Translations under genes and position numbers: made by a program
Part shown: positions 44,564 through 54,029 of the stretch, in pieces
Position numbering within the stretch: position 1 is the first letter of the stretch
Layout: every line of letters starts with the position of its first letter
From: Trueperaceae bacterium
GTDB lineage: Bacteria; Deinococcota; Deinococci; Deinococcales; Trueperaceae
Direction of reading: 5' to 3'
Length of the DNA: 64,000 nucleotides
Assembly: GCA_034521815.1 (NCBI GenBank)
Contig: JAXHLW010000013.1
Span: 1,088,001-1,152,000, forward strand
Notes under the pieces: generated by a model
What the model saw: only the letters and a program-made list of their open reading frames with translations
The model's database searches: none
What the model was told of the DNA's origin: nothing

Positions 44564-46615
44564 CTACCGTGCCGGCAAACCGAGATTGCGGGCCAGCAGC
44601 GCGCCGGGATCGGGATCGCGACCGAGGAACTCGCGAATCATCGTCTCGGGCGGTGCGGCGTTGCCGCGTGCGAGGATCGTGCGCCGGAACGCCTCGCCGA
44701 CATCGCGATCGTAGAGCCCCTCGTCGCGGAAGCGAGAGAACGCGTCGGCGTCCAGCATCTCGCTCCACAGGTACGAGTAGTAGCCGGCGGCGTAGCCACC
44801 GGCGAAGATGTGCGCGAAGGCGGGGAGGAAGCCGTCGGCCACGACGTCCGGACGCATCTGGAACGGCGCGAGCACCTCTCGGCCGAACCGGACGGGATCG
44901 CCGTCGCTGGCGGGATCGTAGTCCACGTGCAGGGCCAGGTCGACCGTTCCGAAGCTGAGCTGCCGCGCCATGTGGTGCGCGGCGCCGAAGGTGCGTGCCG
45001 CGCGCATGCGCGTGCGGACCTCCTCGGGGAGCGGCGTGCCGTCGTCGACGTGCCGCGCGATCCGAACCAGCGCCTCGTCCTCCCACAGCCAGTTCTCGAG
45101 GATCTGGCTGGGCAGCTCGACGAAGTCCCACGGTACGTTCGTGCCGCCCAGCGAGCGGATCTCCACCGTGGACAGCAGGTGGTGGAGCAGGTGTCCGAAC
45201 TCGTGGAACACGGTGCTGGCCTCGTCGTGGGTCAACAGCGCGGGGCGATCTCCATCCGGCGGCGTGAGGTTGCCCGAGATCGCACCGAGATGCGGCTCGA
45301 ACCCCGACGCGGTCGGGCCGCCACTCGCCAGCGGCATCATCCACGCTCCCCCGCGCTTGTCCTCGCGCGGGTACCAATCGGTGTAGAACGTCCCGATGTG
45401 CCGGCCGTCCGCGTCGACGACGTCGTACACCTCGACGTCCGGATGCCACGCCCCCTCGGCGCCGGTGCGCCGGATCTCGACGCCGAACAGCCGCTGGGCC
45501 ATCTCGAACAGGCCGGCTTGCACGCGGTCCATCGGGAACCACGGACGGAGCTCCTCGTCGTTCAAATCGAACCGTGCGACCCGCAGCCGCTCGAACGCGA
45601 AGCGGACGTCCCACGGCTCGAGACGATCGAGCCCCAGCTCGTCGCGCGCGAAGGTGGCGAGCTCCTCGATCTCATGCCGGAAGTGCGGACGCACCCGGCC
45701 CCACAGGTCGTGCTCGAACGCCTGCGCGGTCGCTCCCCTTCGCGCCATGCGAGGCTCGATCTGGAGATCGGCCCAGTCGGCGTAGCCCAGCAGCCGCGCC
45801 AGCTCGCGGCGAAGCTCGAGAATCCGTGGGATCACCTCGCGGTTGTCGCGTCCCTCGCCCATTCCGCGCGCCTGGAACGCGTCGTACATGGCCTTCCGCA
45901 CGTCGCGATCGGCGGCGTGGTCGGCGATCGCCAGGTACGACGGCTGATGCAACGTGAAACGCCACCCGTCGACGCCTGCCGCCTCGGCCGCCGCACGTGC
46001 GCGCCGCAACGCCGAGGCGGGAACGCCGTCGAGCCGTCCCTCGTCCTCGACGTCCAGCGCGAACGCGTTCGTCCCGTCGAGCACATTGTTCTGGAACGTG
46101 TTCGCGAGCGCGGCCAGCTCGCTCTGGATCGCCTCGGCTCGCTCGCGCGAGGCCCGGTCCAGTCCGGCCCCGGAGCGCCGCATGGCGTCGAGGGTGAGCT
46201 CGAGGAACCGGGCACGCTCAGGGGGCAGGCTCGTCGCCTCGTCCGTCTCGGCGTACGCCGTGAGGACGCGGTACACGGCGGGATCGCTTCGCTGCCGGGC
46301 CTCGAACGCGGCGAGCTCGGGCAGGATCGCGCTCCACGCTTCACGCACGTCTGGATCCTGGCGCACCGAGTTCAGGTGCGACACGATCGCGACCGCGCGC
46401 CCCATCCTCGCCTCGGCCCGATCGATCGCGCCCAACAGCTCGTCCCAGCGGTAGGGGGGCGACGCGCTTCCGACTCGGGCGAAGGTGGCCTCGGCGTCCT
46501 CCAGAGCGGCCCTCAGCCCTGGACCGACGTGCGCGGCGCGGATCTCGTCGAACGGAACGCGAACATCGTCGCGGAGGAGGGGATTGTCGTTCGCTGGAGA
46601 GCTTACGGACGGCAT
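44564..46615 (-). CDS. prlC: Oligopeptidase A (M3A)
   Basis: N-terminal NPLL, KRGGAWM, FHEFGHLLH, WDFVELPSQILENW, HIFAGGYAAGYYSY.W. Confidence 0.93.
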   Translation of the reverse strand: MPSVSSPANDNPLLRDDVRVPFDEIRAAHVGPGLRAALEDAEATFARVGSASPPYRWDELLGAIDRAEARMGRAVAIVSHLNSVRQDPDVREAWSAILPELAAFEARQRSDPAVYRVLTAYAETDEATSLPPERARFLELTLDAMRRSGAGLDRASRERAEAIQSELAALANTFQNNVLDGTNAFALDVEDEGRLDGVPASALRRARAAAEAAGVDGWRFTLHQPSYLAIADHAADRDVRKAMYDAFQARGMGEGRDNREVIPRILELRRELARLLGYADWADLQIEPRMARRGATAQAFEHDLWGRVRPHFRHEIEELATFARDELGLDRLEPWDVRFAFERLRVARFDLNDEELRPWFPMDRVQAGLFEMAQRLFGVEIRRTGAEGAWHPDVEVYDVVDADGRHIGTFYTDWYPREDKRGGAWMMPLASGGPTASGFEPHLGAISGNLTPPDGDRPALLTHDEASTVFHEFGHLLHHLLSTVEIRSLGGTNVPWDFVELPSQILENWLWEDEALVRIARHVDDGTPLPEEVRTRMRAARTFGAAHHMARQLSFGTVDLALHVDYDPASDGDPVRFGREVLAPFQMRPDVVADGFLPAFAHIFAGGYAAGYYSYLWSEMLDADAFSRFRDEGLYDRDVGEAFRRTILARGNAAPPETMIREFLGRDPDPGALLARNLGLPAR

Positions 46616-46678
46616 GGAACGGATCGTACCCGTCGCACCGCCGTAGGGGCGTGGCGCGCGCTTCCGGTCCGGCGACCC

Positions 46679-48811
46679 TCAGTCGGCGGACAGCGGCATC
46701 TGGAGCGCGTAGTCGGCGGGGACCGCGTGACCGTACAGGAACCCCTGGACCTCGTCGCAGTTCAGGTCGCGAAGCGCGTCGCGCTGCTCGTCGGTCTCGA
46801 CGCCCTCGGCGACGACGGTGAGGCCCAGCCCACGGCCGATCGCCACGATCGCTCGCACCATCTCCCGATCGCCGCGCGTCCCCTCGACCAGGCGATCCAC
46901 GAAGCGCTTGTCGATCTTCAGCCCGTCCAGCGGCAGCTTCTGGAGCTGCGCCAAGGACGCGTGCATCACGCCGAAGTCGTCCAGGCTGATCCGGACGCCC
47001 CTCGACCTGAGCTCGCTCAGCACCGAGGCGTGACGCTCGAACACCTCCATCGGGGTGCCCTCCGTCAGCTCGATCTCCAGGAGCGCGGGGTTCAGATCGA
47101 GCCGCTCGAGCTCCTCGCGGACCCAGCGGCCGAAGTCGGGATGCTCCAGCGTCTGTCGGCCCACGTTCACGGCGACGCGGCACGGTCGCCCCGCCAACCG
47201 CCACGTCGCGGCCTGCGTCATGGCCCTGCGCAACACCCACCGGAACAGGTCGGGATCGAGCCGCGCGATCTCGAGCGAGGGAAGGAACGACTTCGGCTTG
47301 AGCAACCCGTCCCTGGGGTGCAGCCAGCGGACCAGCGCTTCGACGCCGGTCAGCGCCCCGCTGCGAAGGTCGACGCGTGGCTGGTAGTGCAACACCAGCT
47401 CGTCTCGCGCCAGGGCGGACCGGATCTCCTGCTCGCTGTCGCGCCGAGTCCAGAAGCGAGCGTCGTCGCCGGCACCCGCGAAGCTGGCGTCGCCGGGCCG
47501 CTCGAGCTTGCTCCGCTCGAGCGCGCGCTCGGCGTCCGCGATCCACCGTTCGACGCCCTCGGCAGGATGGACCGAGACGACCTCGGGGGCCGCTTCGTCG
47601 CCGCCGACCCGGGCCAGCCCGGCGCTGACGGAGAGACGCATCTCGCCGCCGGCCCACGCGACCGGCTCGGCCAGTCGATCCTGCACCGTGCGCAGCAGCG
47701 GCACGACCTCCTCGGGCGTGTTCACGTGGGACCAGGCGATGCCGAAGCGATCCCCTTCGAGCCGCGCCAGCACGTCCCCGCTGGACGTCAGTCGACGCAA
47801 GCGGTTCGCGACCTCCTGCAGGAGCCGATCGCCCTGCGTGCGACCGATGGTCTCGTTCACGAACGTGAAGGCGTCGAGGTCGAACAGCGCCAGGACCGTT
47901 CCCGCCCCGTCACCGCGGGCGCGCTCGACCGCCTGTTCGAGGCGGTCGCGGAACCGTCGCTCGTTGGGGAGACCCGTCAAGGCGTCCACATGCTCGACCT
48001 GCCAGAGCTCGGAGCGAGAGCGCCGCTCGGAGGTGACGTCACGAACCAGGGCGTGAACGGCCACGGCGTGGGCCTCGGCGTTGCTCCAGCTCCGCTGCCC
48101 ATGGTCCTCGACCCAGCGCACCCGCCCGTCACGGGTCACCAGGCGGTAGCGCACGCGGTGGCTCCGCTCGGAGCGCCTGAGGATCTGCGCCTCGCGGAAC
48201 GCATCGCGGTCGTCCGGATGGACCCACGAGCCCGCCCCCTCGTCGAGGAGCTCGGGCGCCTGGAATCCGCTCAGGTGCACCACCGCGTCGCCGACCCAGA
48301 GCAGCTGAGGCTCGCGGTCGGGTCTGAGCAGCACGCTGTAGCCGAAGAACCCGCCGTGTCCGCTGCGTCCGATGCGGTCGCCGGCGTCGACGACGCCCAG
48401 GGCGTGCATGCGGTCGCTCACGTCGCGCTGCACGCTCACGAGGTGGGTGACCCGTCCCTGCTCGTCGCGGAGAGGGTAGTGACGCTGCTCGTTGAAGAAC
48501 AGGCTGCCGTCGCTGCGGTAGTTGCGCACCACGACGGTGCACGGACGCCCTTCCGCGATCGCGGCGCGCATCTGCGCGAGCCCGTCCTGATCGCTGTCGT
48601 CGCGCTGCATGAAGGCCAGGCTCCGGCCCCGGACCTCGTCGGCGCTGTAGCCGGAGAACCGTGCGAACGCCTCGCTGGCATGAACGATCGGCTGTCCGAC
48701 CTCGCGAAGATCGGACAGCGTGTAGCACTCGTCCCCGAACAGGTTCGTGACGAGGCCCAACACACCGTCGTGCGGCGCTCGCTGAAGGCGTCCGTTCGCC
48801 TTGCTCATCAT
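46679..48811 (-). CDS. LOV-like PAS + PAS + degenerate GGDEF + EAL c-di-GMP signalling protein
   Basis: GYSADEVRGRSLAFMQ..RNYRSDG..VQRDV; second PAS VHPDDR; DALTGLPN..RLEGDRF; VEALVRW, DDFG, LKIDKRF, AEGVET, QGFL. Confidence 0.88.
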   Translation of the reverse strand: MMSKANGRLQRAPHDGVLGLVTNLFGDECYTLSDLREVGQPIVHASEAFARFSGYSADEVRGRSLAFMQRDDSDQDGLAQMRAAIAEGRPCTVVVRNYRSDGSLFFNEQRHYPLRDEQGRVTHLVSVQRDVSDRMHALGVVDAGDRIGRSGHGGFFGYSVLLRPDREPQLLWVGDAVVHLSGFQAPELLDEGAGSWVHPDDRDAFREAQILRRSERSHRVRYRLVTRDGRVRWVEDHGQRSWSNAEAHAVAVHALVRDVTSERRSRSELWQVEHVDALTGLPNERRFRDRLEQAVERARGDGAGTVLALFDLDAFTFVNETIGRTQGDRLLQEVANRLRRLTSSGDVLARLEGDRFGIAWSHVNTPEEVVPLLRTVQDRLAEPVAWAGGEMRLSVSAGLARVGGDEAAPEVVSVHPAEGVERWIADAERALERSKLERPGDASFAGAGDDARFWTRRDSEQEIRSALARDELVLHYQPRVDLRSGALTGVEALVRWLHPRDGLLKPKSFLPSLEIARLDPDLFRWVLRRAMTQAATWRLAGRPCRVAVNVGRQTLEHPDFGRWVREELERLDLNPALLEIELTEGTPMEVFERHASVLSELRSRGVRISLDDFGVMHASLAQLQKLPLDGLKIDKRFVDRLVEGTRGDREMVRAIVAIGRGLGLTVVAEGVETDEQRDALRDLNCDEVQGFLYGHAVPADYALQMPLSAD

Positions 48812-49036
48812 CGTCGTGCGCAGGCGGAGGTCGTCCGCGGGCGCCCGGCCTCCCAACCGGAGAACGCGCCCGCGACGGTCCGAACCTCGCTCCCCACGTC
48901 CCTTCCTGGCATGAGGATAGGACGCGACGCATGAAGCGCACGTGAGATGTTTCCTATGGGAACGACGGTCGTCCCACGCGACGGGCGATCGTCGCGCAGG
49001 TACGAGGAGCATGTCACGGGATTCGTCACGAAATTC

Positions 49037-49921
49037 TTACGCGGACGCCGGCCCGGCGGCGGCACGGTCCAGAGCGTGCGCAGCGAGCCACGCCGTGCGG
49101 TGCCGTTCGAACGCCTCCGCGGCCCGACGTGCCAGCGGACCGGGGCGGCCGCTGCCGACCGTGTCGTCGCCCACCCGAACGACCGGCATCACGCCCTTGG
49201 TGGTGCTGGTCAGGAACGCCTCGGGGGCGTGCTTCAGCTCGTCCAGGCTCACGTCGCGCGTCGCGACGGCGATCTCGCCGTCGAGCGCCTCGAGCAGGTG
49301 CATGCGCGTGATCCCCTCGAGGACCCCGTCGGCGGGCGTGACCAGGGCGCCTTCGTCGGTCGCGACGAACAGGTTGCAGCGCGTGGTCTCGAGAACCAGG
49401 CGGCCGTCGTGGTAGAGGACGTCGGCCGCCCCGGCGGCCCGCAGCTCGCGGGCGTGCCGGACGGCCGTGAAGTAGTTCGTGGTCTTCGCTTCGGGCAGGT
49501 CGCGCTCGAAGCGGAGGGGCAGCAGCGCGACGCCGTCGCGGTAGTAGGCGTCGGGATAGACGGGCAGGTCGACGACGAGCACCAGCGTGCGCGGCGTCCC
49601 GGGATGGAACCCGTCCAGCGGATCGCCGCCCGTGAAGAAGAGCTGAAGACCGAACGTCCCGTGCTGGTTCGCGGCGATCACCTCGCCGACGTGCTTCGCG
49701 ACCCTGTCGGAGGACGGTCTGGGCGTCAGGCCGAGGAGCTCGGCGGTGCGCTCGAAGCGCGCGAGATGGTCGCCCAAGAACAGCGGTACGCCCTCCACCA
49801 CGCGCAGGAAGTCGAACGCTCCGTAGCCGCGGCGGATCGTCAGGTCCGTCAGCGGCAACGCCGCCTGCGAAGCGGGCACGAGCTCGAGATCGAAACCGAA
49901 GATGCGTTCGGGACGGCTCAT
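49037..49921 (-). CDS. Class IV PLP aminotransferase (D-amino-acid/BCAT/ADC lyase family)
   Basis: RGYGAFDFLR, DHLARF, EAKTTNY (PLP Lys), LEGITR, EAFLTST. Confidence 0.9.
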   Translation of the reverse strand: MSRPERIFGFDLELVPASQAALPLTDLTIRRGYGAFDFLRVVEGVPLFLGDHLARFERTAELLGLTPRPSSDRVAKHVGEVIAANQHGTFGLQLFFTGGDPLDGFHPGTPRTLVLVVDLPVYPDAYYRDGVALLPLRFERDLPEAKTTNYFTAVRHARELRAAGAADVLYHDGRLVLETTRCNLFVATDEGALVTPADGVLEGITRMHLLEALDGEIAVATRDVSLDELKHAPEAFLTSTTKGVMPVVRVGDDTVGSGRPGPLARRAAEAFERHRTAWLAAHALDRAAAGPASA

Positions 49922-49994
49922 GCGTGCATGCTACCCGTCGAACCTATCCGTCGAACGTAGGCGAACGCCCGACCTTTCGAGACGCGACCGGCTC

Positions 49995-50013
49995 GATACC
50001 CCCACCCGGTATC
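49995..50013. promoter_or_regulatory. CsoR-family-like operator between the aminotransferase gene and trxB
   Basis: GATACC-CCCACCC-GGTATC inverted repeat. Confidence 0.45.
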
Positions 50014-50074
50014 CGATTTGACGTAGCGGAGGTGCGGACCGGTGCTAGCATGCGCAGCAGTCGAAGGAGGCTTC

Positions 50075-51046
50075 ATGGCACGCAAGACGGTCACGACGGA
50101 CGTAGCGATCATCGGCGGAGGACCCGCGGGTCTGACCGCAGGCATCTACGCAGGACGCGGACAGCTCGACACCGTCATCCTCGAGAAGGGTCTGCCCGGT
50201 GGGCAGATCGCCCAGACCGAGGAGGTCGAGAACTACCCCGGCTTCGACGAGGCCGTCCCTGGCCCGGAGCTGTCCCAACGCATGGTCAAGCAGGCCGAGA
50301 AGTTCGGCGCGCGCATCGTGATGGACGAGGTCGAAGGTCTGTCCGGCGACGCCGAGCACGGCTTCGTCGTGAAGGGCTACGAGGCCGACTACCGGGCTCG
50401 CGCGGTCATTCTGGCGACGGGCGCCAACCCGCGGCGCCTGGGCGTCCCGGGCGAGGACGCCTTCTACGGACGCGGCGTCTCGACCTGCGCCACCTGCGAC
50501 GGCTTCTTCTACCGAGGCAAGAAGGTCGTGGTGGTCGGCGGCGGCGACGCTGCGGTCGAGGAAGGCATGTTCCTCACGAAGTTCGCGGACGAGGTCGTGG
50601 TGATTCACCGTCGCGACGAGCTCAGGGCGAACAAGGCGGCGCAAGAACGGGCGTTCGCGAACCCGAAGATGCGTTGGGTGTGGAACACCGTCGTCGACGA
50701 GATCATCGGCGAAGACGACCTGGTCAGCGCCGTGAGAGCGCGCGACGTGACCGACGGCACCGAGACGATCGTTCCCACCGACGGCGTCTTCGTCTACATC
50801 GGCCACACCCCGAACACGGAGTTCCTGCGGGGCGTCGTGGACCTGCGCGAGAGCGGGTACGTCGAGGTCCACGACGAGATCTTCACGTCGGCCGAAGGCA
50901 TCTTCGCCGCGGGAGACGTCGCGGACGAGGTCTATCGCCAGCTCGGCACCTCGGTCGGCGCGGGCACGCGCGCGGCGATGACGGCCGAGCGTTGGCTGGC
51001 CGAGCGCGAGCCGGCCCAGCCGGTCGCCGTCGGCGTGAGCGACTGA
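50075..51046 (+). CDS. trxB: Thioredoxin-disulfide reductase
   Basis: [57 protein letters not shown]. Confidence 0.97.
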   Translation: MARKTVTTDVAIIGGGPAGLTAGIYAGRGQLDTVILEKGLPGGQIAQTEEVENYPGFDEAVPGPELSQRMVKQAEKFGARIVMDEVEGLSGDAEHGFVVKGYEADYRARAVILATGANPRRLGVPGEDAFYGRGVSTCATCDGFFYRGKKVVVVGGGDAAVEEGMFLTKFADEVVVIHRRDELRANKAAQERAFANPKMRWVWNTVVDEIIGEDDLVSAVRARDVTDGTETIVPTDGVFVYIGHTPNTEFLRGVVDLRESGYVEVHDEIFTSAEGIFAAGDVADEVYRQLGTSVGAGTRAAMTAERWLAEREPAQPVAVGVSD

Positions 51047-51061
51047 GCCTTCCGAAGGCGA

Positions 51062-52120
51062 TCAGCGCTGCGCGAGCCGAACCAGCTCGAACCCGCCGTC
51101 GACCCGAAGCACCAGCAGATTCTCGTACCCGCCCCGTGGCGCGCCGACCAAGGCGCGCCACGACGTTCCTTCGACCTCGAGCACCGTCCAGTCGCCGACC
51201 GCACGAGCCGTCCACGCCCGGCCCTGCACCACGTCGCCCTCCGTGGGCTCGGCAGCGCCTCCGGCCGCGCCTGGGCTCACCTTGAGAAGGACCTCGTTGG
51301 CCGCCGGGGGCACGCCGCCCAGCCAATCGGCCTCGGCCCGCGAGGTCGGCTGGGCGCCAGCCCGCGCCACGCCGGACACGGCAGGCTCGGCGCCGGTGTC
51401 CGCGCCGGTCGTGCGCCACACGACCAGTCGTCGGCTCCCCCGCTCGCCCCGGACCGCCTCCTGCTCGAGCACGGTCGGATCCAGGCCACTCCGGTCGGCG
51501 ACGAGCCGAATCCGTTGGCGGAACAGCGCGTCCTGCACCGAGGGATCGTCGCCCTGATCGTCGTCTCCGTCCAGCGGTAGCGCGACGACCTCCTCGCGCC
51601 GGCCGTTCGCGAGCGGGCGCGCCCACCAGGCCTCGAACGACGCGCCGTCGCGGGGCGTCAGGTGGTAGCGAGCCATGCCGTCCGCAGGACCGACGCGCAC
51701 CGCCACCTCCGTCTCGCCCCACGCCACCACGACCGCCCGTTCGTTCTCGGCGATCCGCACCCAGCGCGTCGGCGCCAAGGGAAGGATCCCCGCGGGGATC
51801 GCCTCGGCCAACGCGGGGCGAGGCTCGCCGCCCACGCTCTCGCTCATCGCCCTGGCGTAGCGGTCCGCGCTGGCCCGATCGCCGAAGGCCGCGACGCGGA
51901 CACGGAACACCGATCCGGCCGCGCCCTCCGCCCGGACCACGTAGGCGGGGAAGCCGTCGCGCAGCAGCCGGCCCGACAGCTCGATCGCCGCTTCGGCGTC
52001 GCTCAGGGCGGCGACCTGCACGGTGTAGGGAACCAGCGCCCCCTGGGCCAGCCCGGCGGCCCAGCCGAGCGCGATCATCGCCACCATCACGGTGCGCGAC
52101 ACCCGTCCGAGCGACCCCAT
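51062..52120 (-). CDS. Secreted SPOR-domain protein
   Basis: Signal peptide, then YTVQVAALS..L.RDGFPAYV..FRVRVAAF..A. Confidence 0.75.
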   Translation of the reverse strand: MGSLGRVSRTVMVAMIALGWAAGLAQGALVPYTVQVAALSDAEAAIELSGRLLRDGFPAYVVRAEGAAGSVFRVRVAAFGDRASADRYARAMSESVGGEPRPALAEAIPAGILPLAPTRWVRIAENERAVVVAWGETEVAVRVGPADGMARYHLTPRDGASFEAWWARPLANGRREEVVALPLDGDDDQGDDPSVQDALFRQRIRLVADRSGLDPTVLEQEAVRGERGSRRLVVWRTTGADTGAEPAVSGVARAGAQPTSRAEADWLGGVPPAANEVLLKVSPGAAGGAAEPTEGDVVQGRAWTARAVGDWTVLEVEGTSWRALVGAPRGGYENLLVLRVDGGFELVRLAQR

Positions 52121-52894
52121 TCAGAAGTCCTTGCGCTCGAACAGCACGACGGCGGCGGCCGCGAACGCGGCGGAGTACAGCGCGATCAGGGTCACCACCC
52201 AGCCGACGCTGGCCACCGGATCGGTGTAGGCGGACAGGTGCCGCGTGAGCAGGAACGGCTCGAGCGAGGGGAACACGACCAGCAGCTGCATCACGATCAG
52301 GACCGCCAGCGTGGCCAGCGCACCGCTGGCCGCGTTCATCGTCACGACCGTCGCCAGGACCGAGAGGAGCGCCACGGGGATGAGCGCGACCGCCGCCAGC
52401 AGGTACGCCCCGAGCAGCTCCCAGGCGGCGTCCCCGGGCGACATCGTGCCCTGGCCGATCAGGCCCCCCTCGCCCAGCCCCGTGCCGCCCACGAACGCGT
52501 CGAACCCGTACGGCGCGCCCGCCGCCAGCGACGCGATCAGAAAGTACGCCATCGCCAGGAACGGCAGCACGCTGAGAACCAGCAGCTTCGCGAGCAGCCA
52601 CGACGAGCGGGTCACCGGCCGGAGCAGCACCGTCGGCAAGGTCCCGTGCACCGACTCCATGCCGACGAGCTCCGCGGCGATGATCGCCACCAGCAGCGGC
52701 ATCAGGAACTCCATCGACGAGAGCAGGCTCAGCGCCGGCACCTGGAACCCGGAGACGAGGAAAAAGCCGTACACCTCGAAGATGCCGGGCGCGTACGCCC
52801 ACAGCAACGGAAACACCAGCAGCAGCACCAGCGCGGCCCGCACGCTGGACAGGCGGAACAGCTTGCCCCATTCCATGCGTAGCAAAGCGGTCAC
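52121..52894 (-). CDS. ABC-2 type exporter permease
   Basis: Six TM helices; E..GTL.TVLLRPVTR..LLAKL; ends FERKDF. Confidence 0.88.
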   Translation of the reverse strand: MTALLRMEWGKLFRLSSVRAALVLLLVFPLLWAYAPGIFEVYGFFLVSGFQVPALSLLSSMEFLMPLLVAIIAAELVGMESVHGTLPTVLLRPVTRSSWLLAKLLVLSVLPFLAMAYFLIASLAAGAPYGFDAFVGGTGLGEGGLIGQGTMSPGDAAWELLGAYLLAAVALIPVALLSVLATVVTMNAASGALATLAVLIVMQLLVVFPSLEPFLLTRHLSAYTDPVASVGWVVTLIALYSAAFAAAAVVLFERKDF

Positions 52895-53955
52895 GACGGG
52901 GCCCCCTCGCCCTGAGCGTCCTCGCCCTGAGCGTCCTCGCCCTGAGCCTGGCCGCGCGACGAGCCGGGCCGTCCGATCTCCGGGCCGGCGCCAGCGGTCC
53001 CGCCACCGGTCCCGCCAGCGGTGCGCTTCAGGCGCTCGGCGGACACGCGCTCTCGGTAGTAGGCGCGGAGGTCGAACACGTCGGCCGTCAGCTCCTGGAG
53101 GCCCACACCGTGCTCCACCAGCAGCGGTGCGACCCGGGTCAGCGCCCCTGGCTCGGTGAGGTGAAAGATCACCTGGCCGGCACGAAGGAACGTCTCGAGA
53201 ATCCACGGCTGCGCTTGCAGCGCGCTCCGCGCCGCTTGCGGATCGTCGACACGCGCACGGTACCGATCGCGCCGCCGGTCGAGGTCGACCTCGTCGATCA
53301 ACGCTCCCTCCTCCATGATCCCCACGCGGTTGCAGTACGCCGCGACCTCGTCGAGGTGGTGGGTGGAGAGCAGCACCGCCGAGCCCCGCCCCGCAGCGTT
53401 CCTCAGCACCCGGTGGACCAGGTGGAGCGACAACGGATCCATGCCGCTGGCCGGCTCGTCCAGGATCAGCACGTCCGGTCGCGTCAGCAAGGCGCCGGCC
53501 ACGCCCAGCCGCTGGCGCATGCCCAGGCTGTACACCCCGACCTTGCGATCGGCTGCCGGTCCGAGCTCCATGAGCTCGAGCAGCTCCTCGATCCGCTCGT
53601 CGGCCACGCCGCCCGCCAGCCGGGCGTGCAGCCGCAGGTTGGCGCGGCCGCTCAGGTAGGGATAGAACGCCGCCGGCGCCTCGACCACGGCCCCCAGGCG
53701 GCGACGGATCTCGGGGTGCTGCTGCGGATCCTTGCCGAGCATCGTGACGGTCCCCTCGGTCGGAAACGCCAATCCCGACACCAAGCGGATCACCGTCGTC
53801 TTGCCGGCGCCGTTGGGGCCCACCAAGGCGTACACCTCGCCGGGCGAGACGTGGAACGTCAGATCACGAACGATCGGCCGGCGACCGTAGCGCTTGCCCA
53901 GCCCTTCGGTCCGGATCGCAGGCGCAGCGGCCCTTTCCGCGGGCGCTTGGGTCAT
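52891..53955 (-). CDS. ABC exporter ATP-binding protein
   Basis: GPNGAGKTT, YSLGMRQRL, ILDEP, STH; AGGAGG RBS. Confidence 0.93.
   Translation of the reverse strand: MTQAPAERAAAPAIRTEGLGKRYGRRPIVRDLTFHVSPGEVYALVGPNGAGKTTVIRLVSGLAFPTEGTVTMLGKDPQQHPEIRRRLGAVVEAPAAFYPYLSGRANLRLHARLAGGVADERIEELLELMELGPAADRKVGVYSLGMRQRLGVAGALLTRPDVLILDEPASGMDPLSLHLVHRVLRNAAGRGSAVLLSTHHLDEVAAYCNRVGIMEEGALIDEVDLDRRRDRYRARVDDPQAARSALQAQPWILETFLRAGQVIFHLTEPGALTRVAPLLVEHGVGLQELTADVFDLRAYYRERVSAERLKRTAGGTGGGTAGAGPEIGRPGSSRGQAQGEDAQGEDAQGEGAPS
52905..52947. repeat. About 3 x 15-bp tandem repeat (GEDAQ) in the ABC ATPase tail
   Basis: cctcgccctgagcgt twice, then cctcgccctgagc. Confidence 0.85.
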
Positions 53956-54029
53956 GGCTCTCCTCCTGCGGCAGTCTACGCGCGGCGCACGACCCAGGTC
54001 ATGGCATTCTCCATAGGCCAGGCGTCGGT

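Noticed and set aside
46641..46649. ccgtagggg resembling the rhodanese operator
   Set aside because: Lacks the flanking TACC/GGTA arms
44096..48934. 1612-aa plus-strand ORF
   Set aside because: Antisense shadow of prlC and the GGDEF-EAL gene
49013..49035. GTCACG direct repeat and TTCGT-C-ACGAA palindrome upstream of the GGDEF-EAL gene
   Set aside because: Too short to assign; does not fit Rex or CRP spacing convincingly
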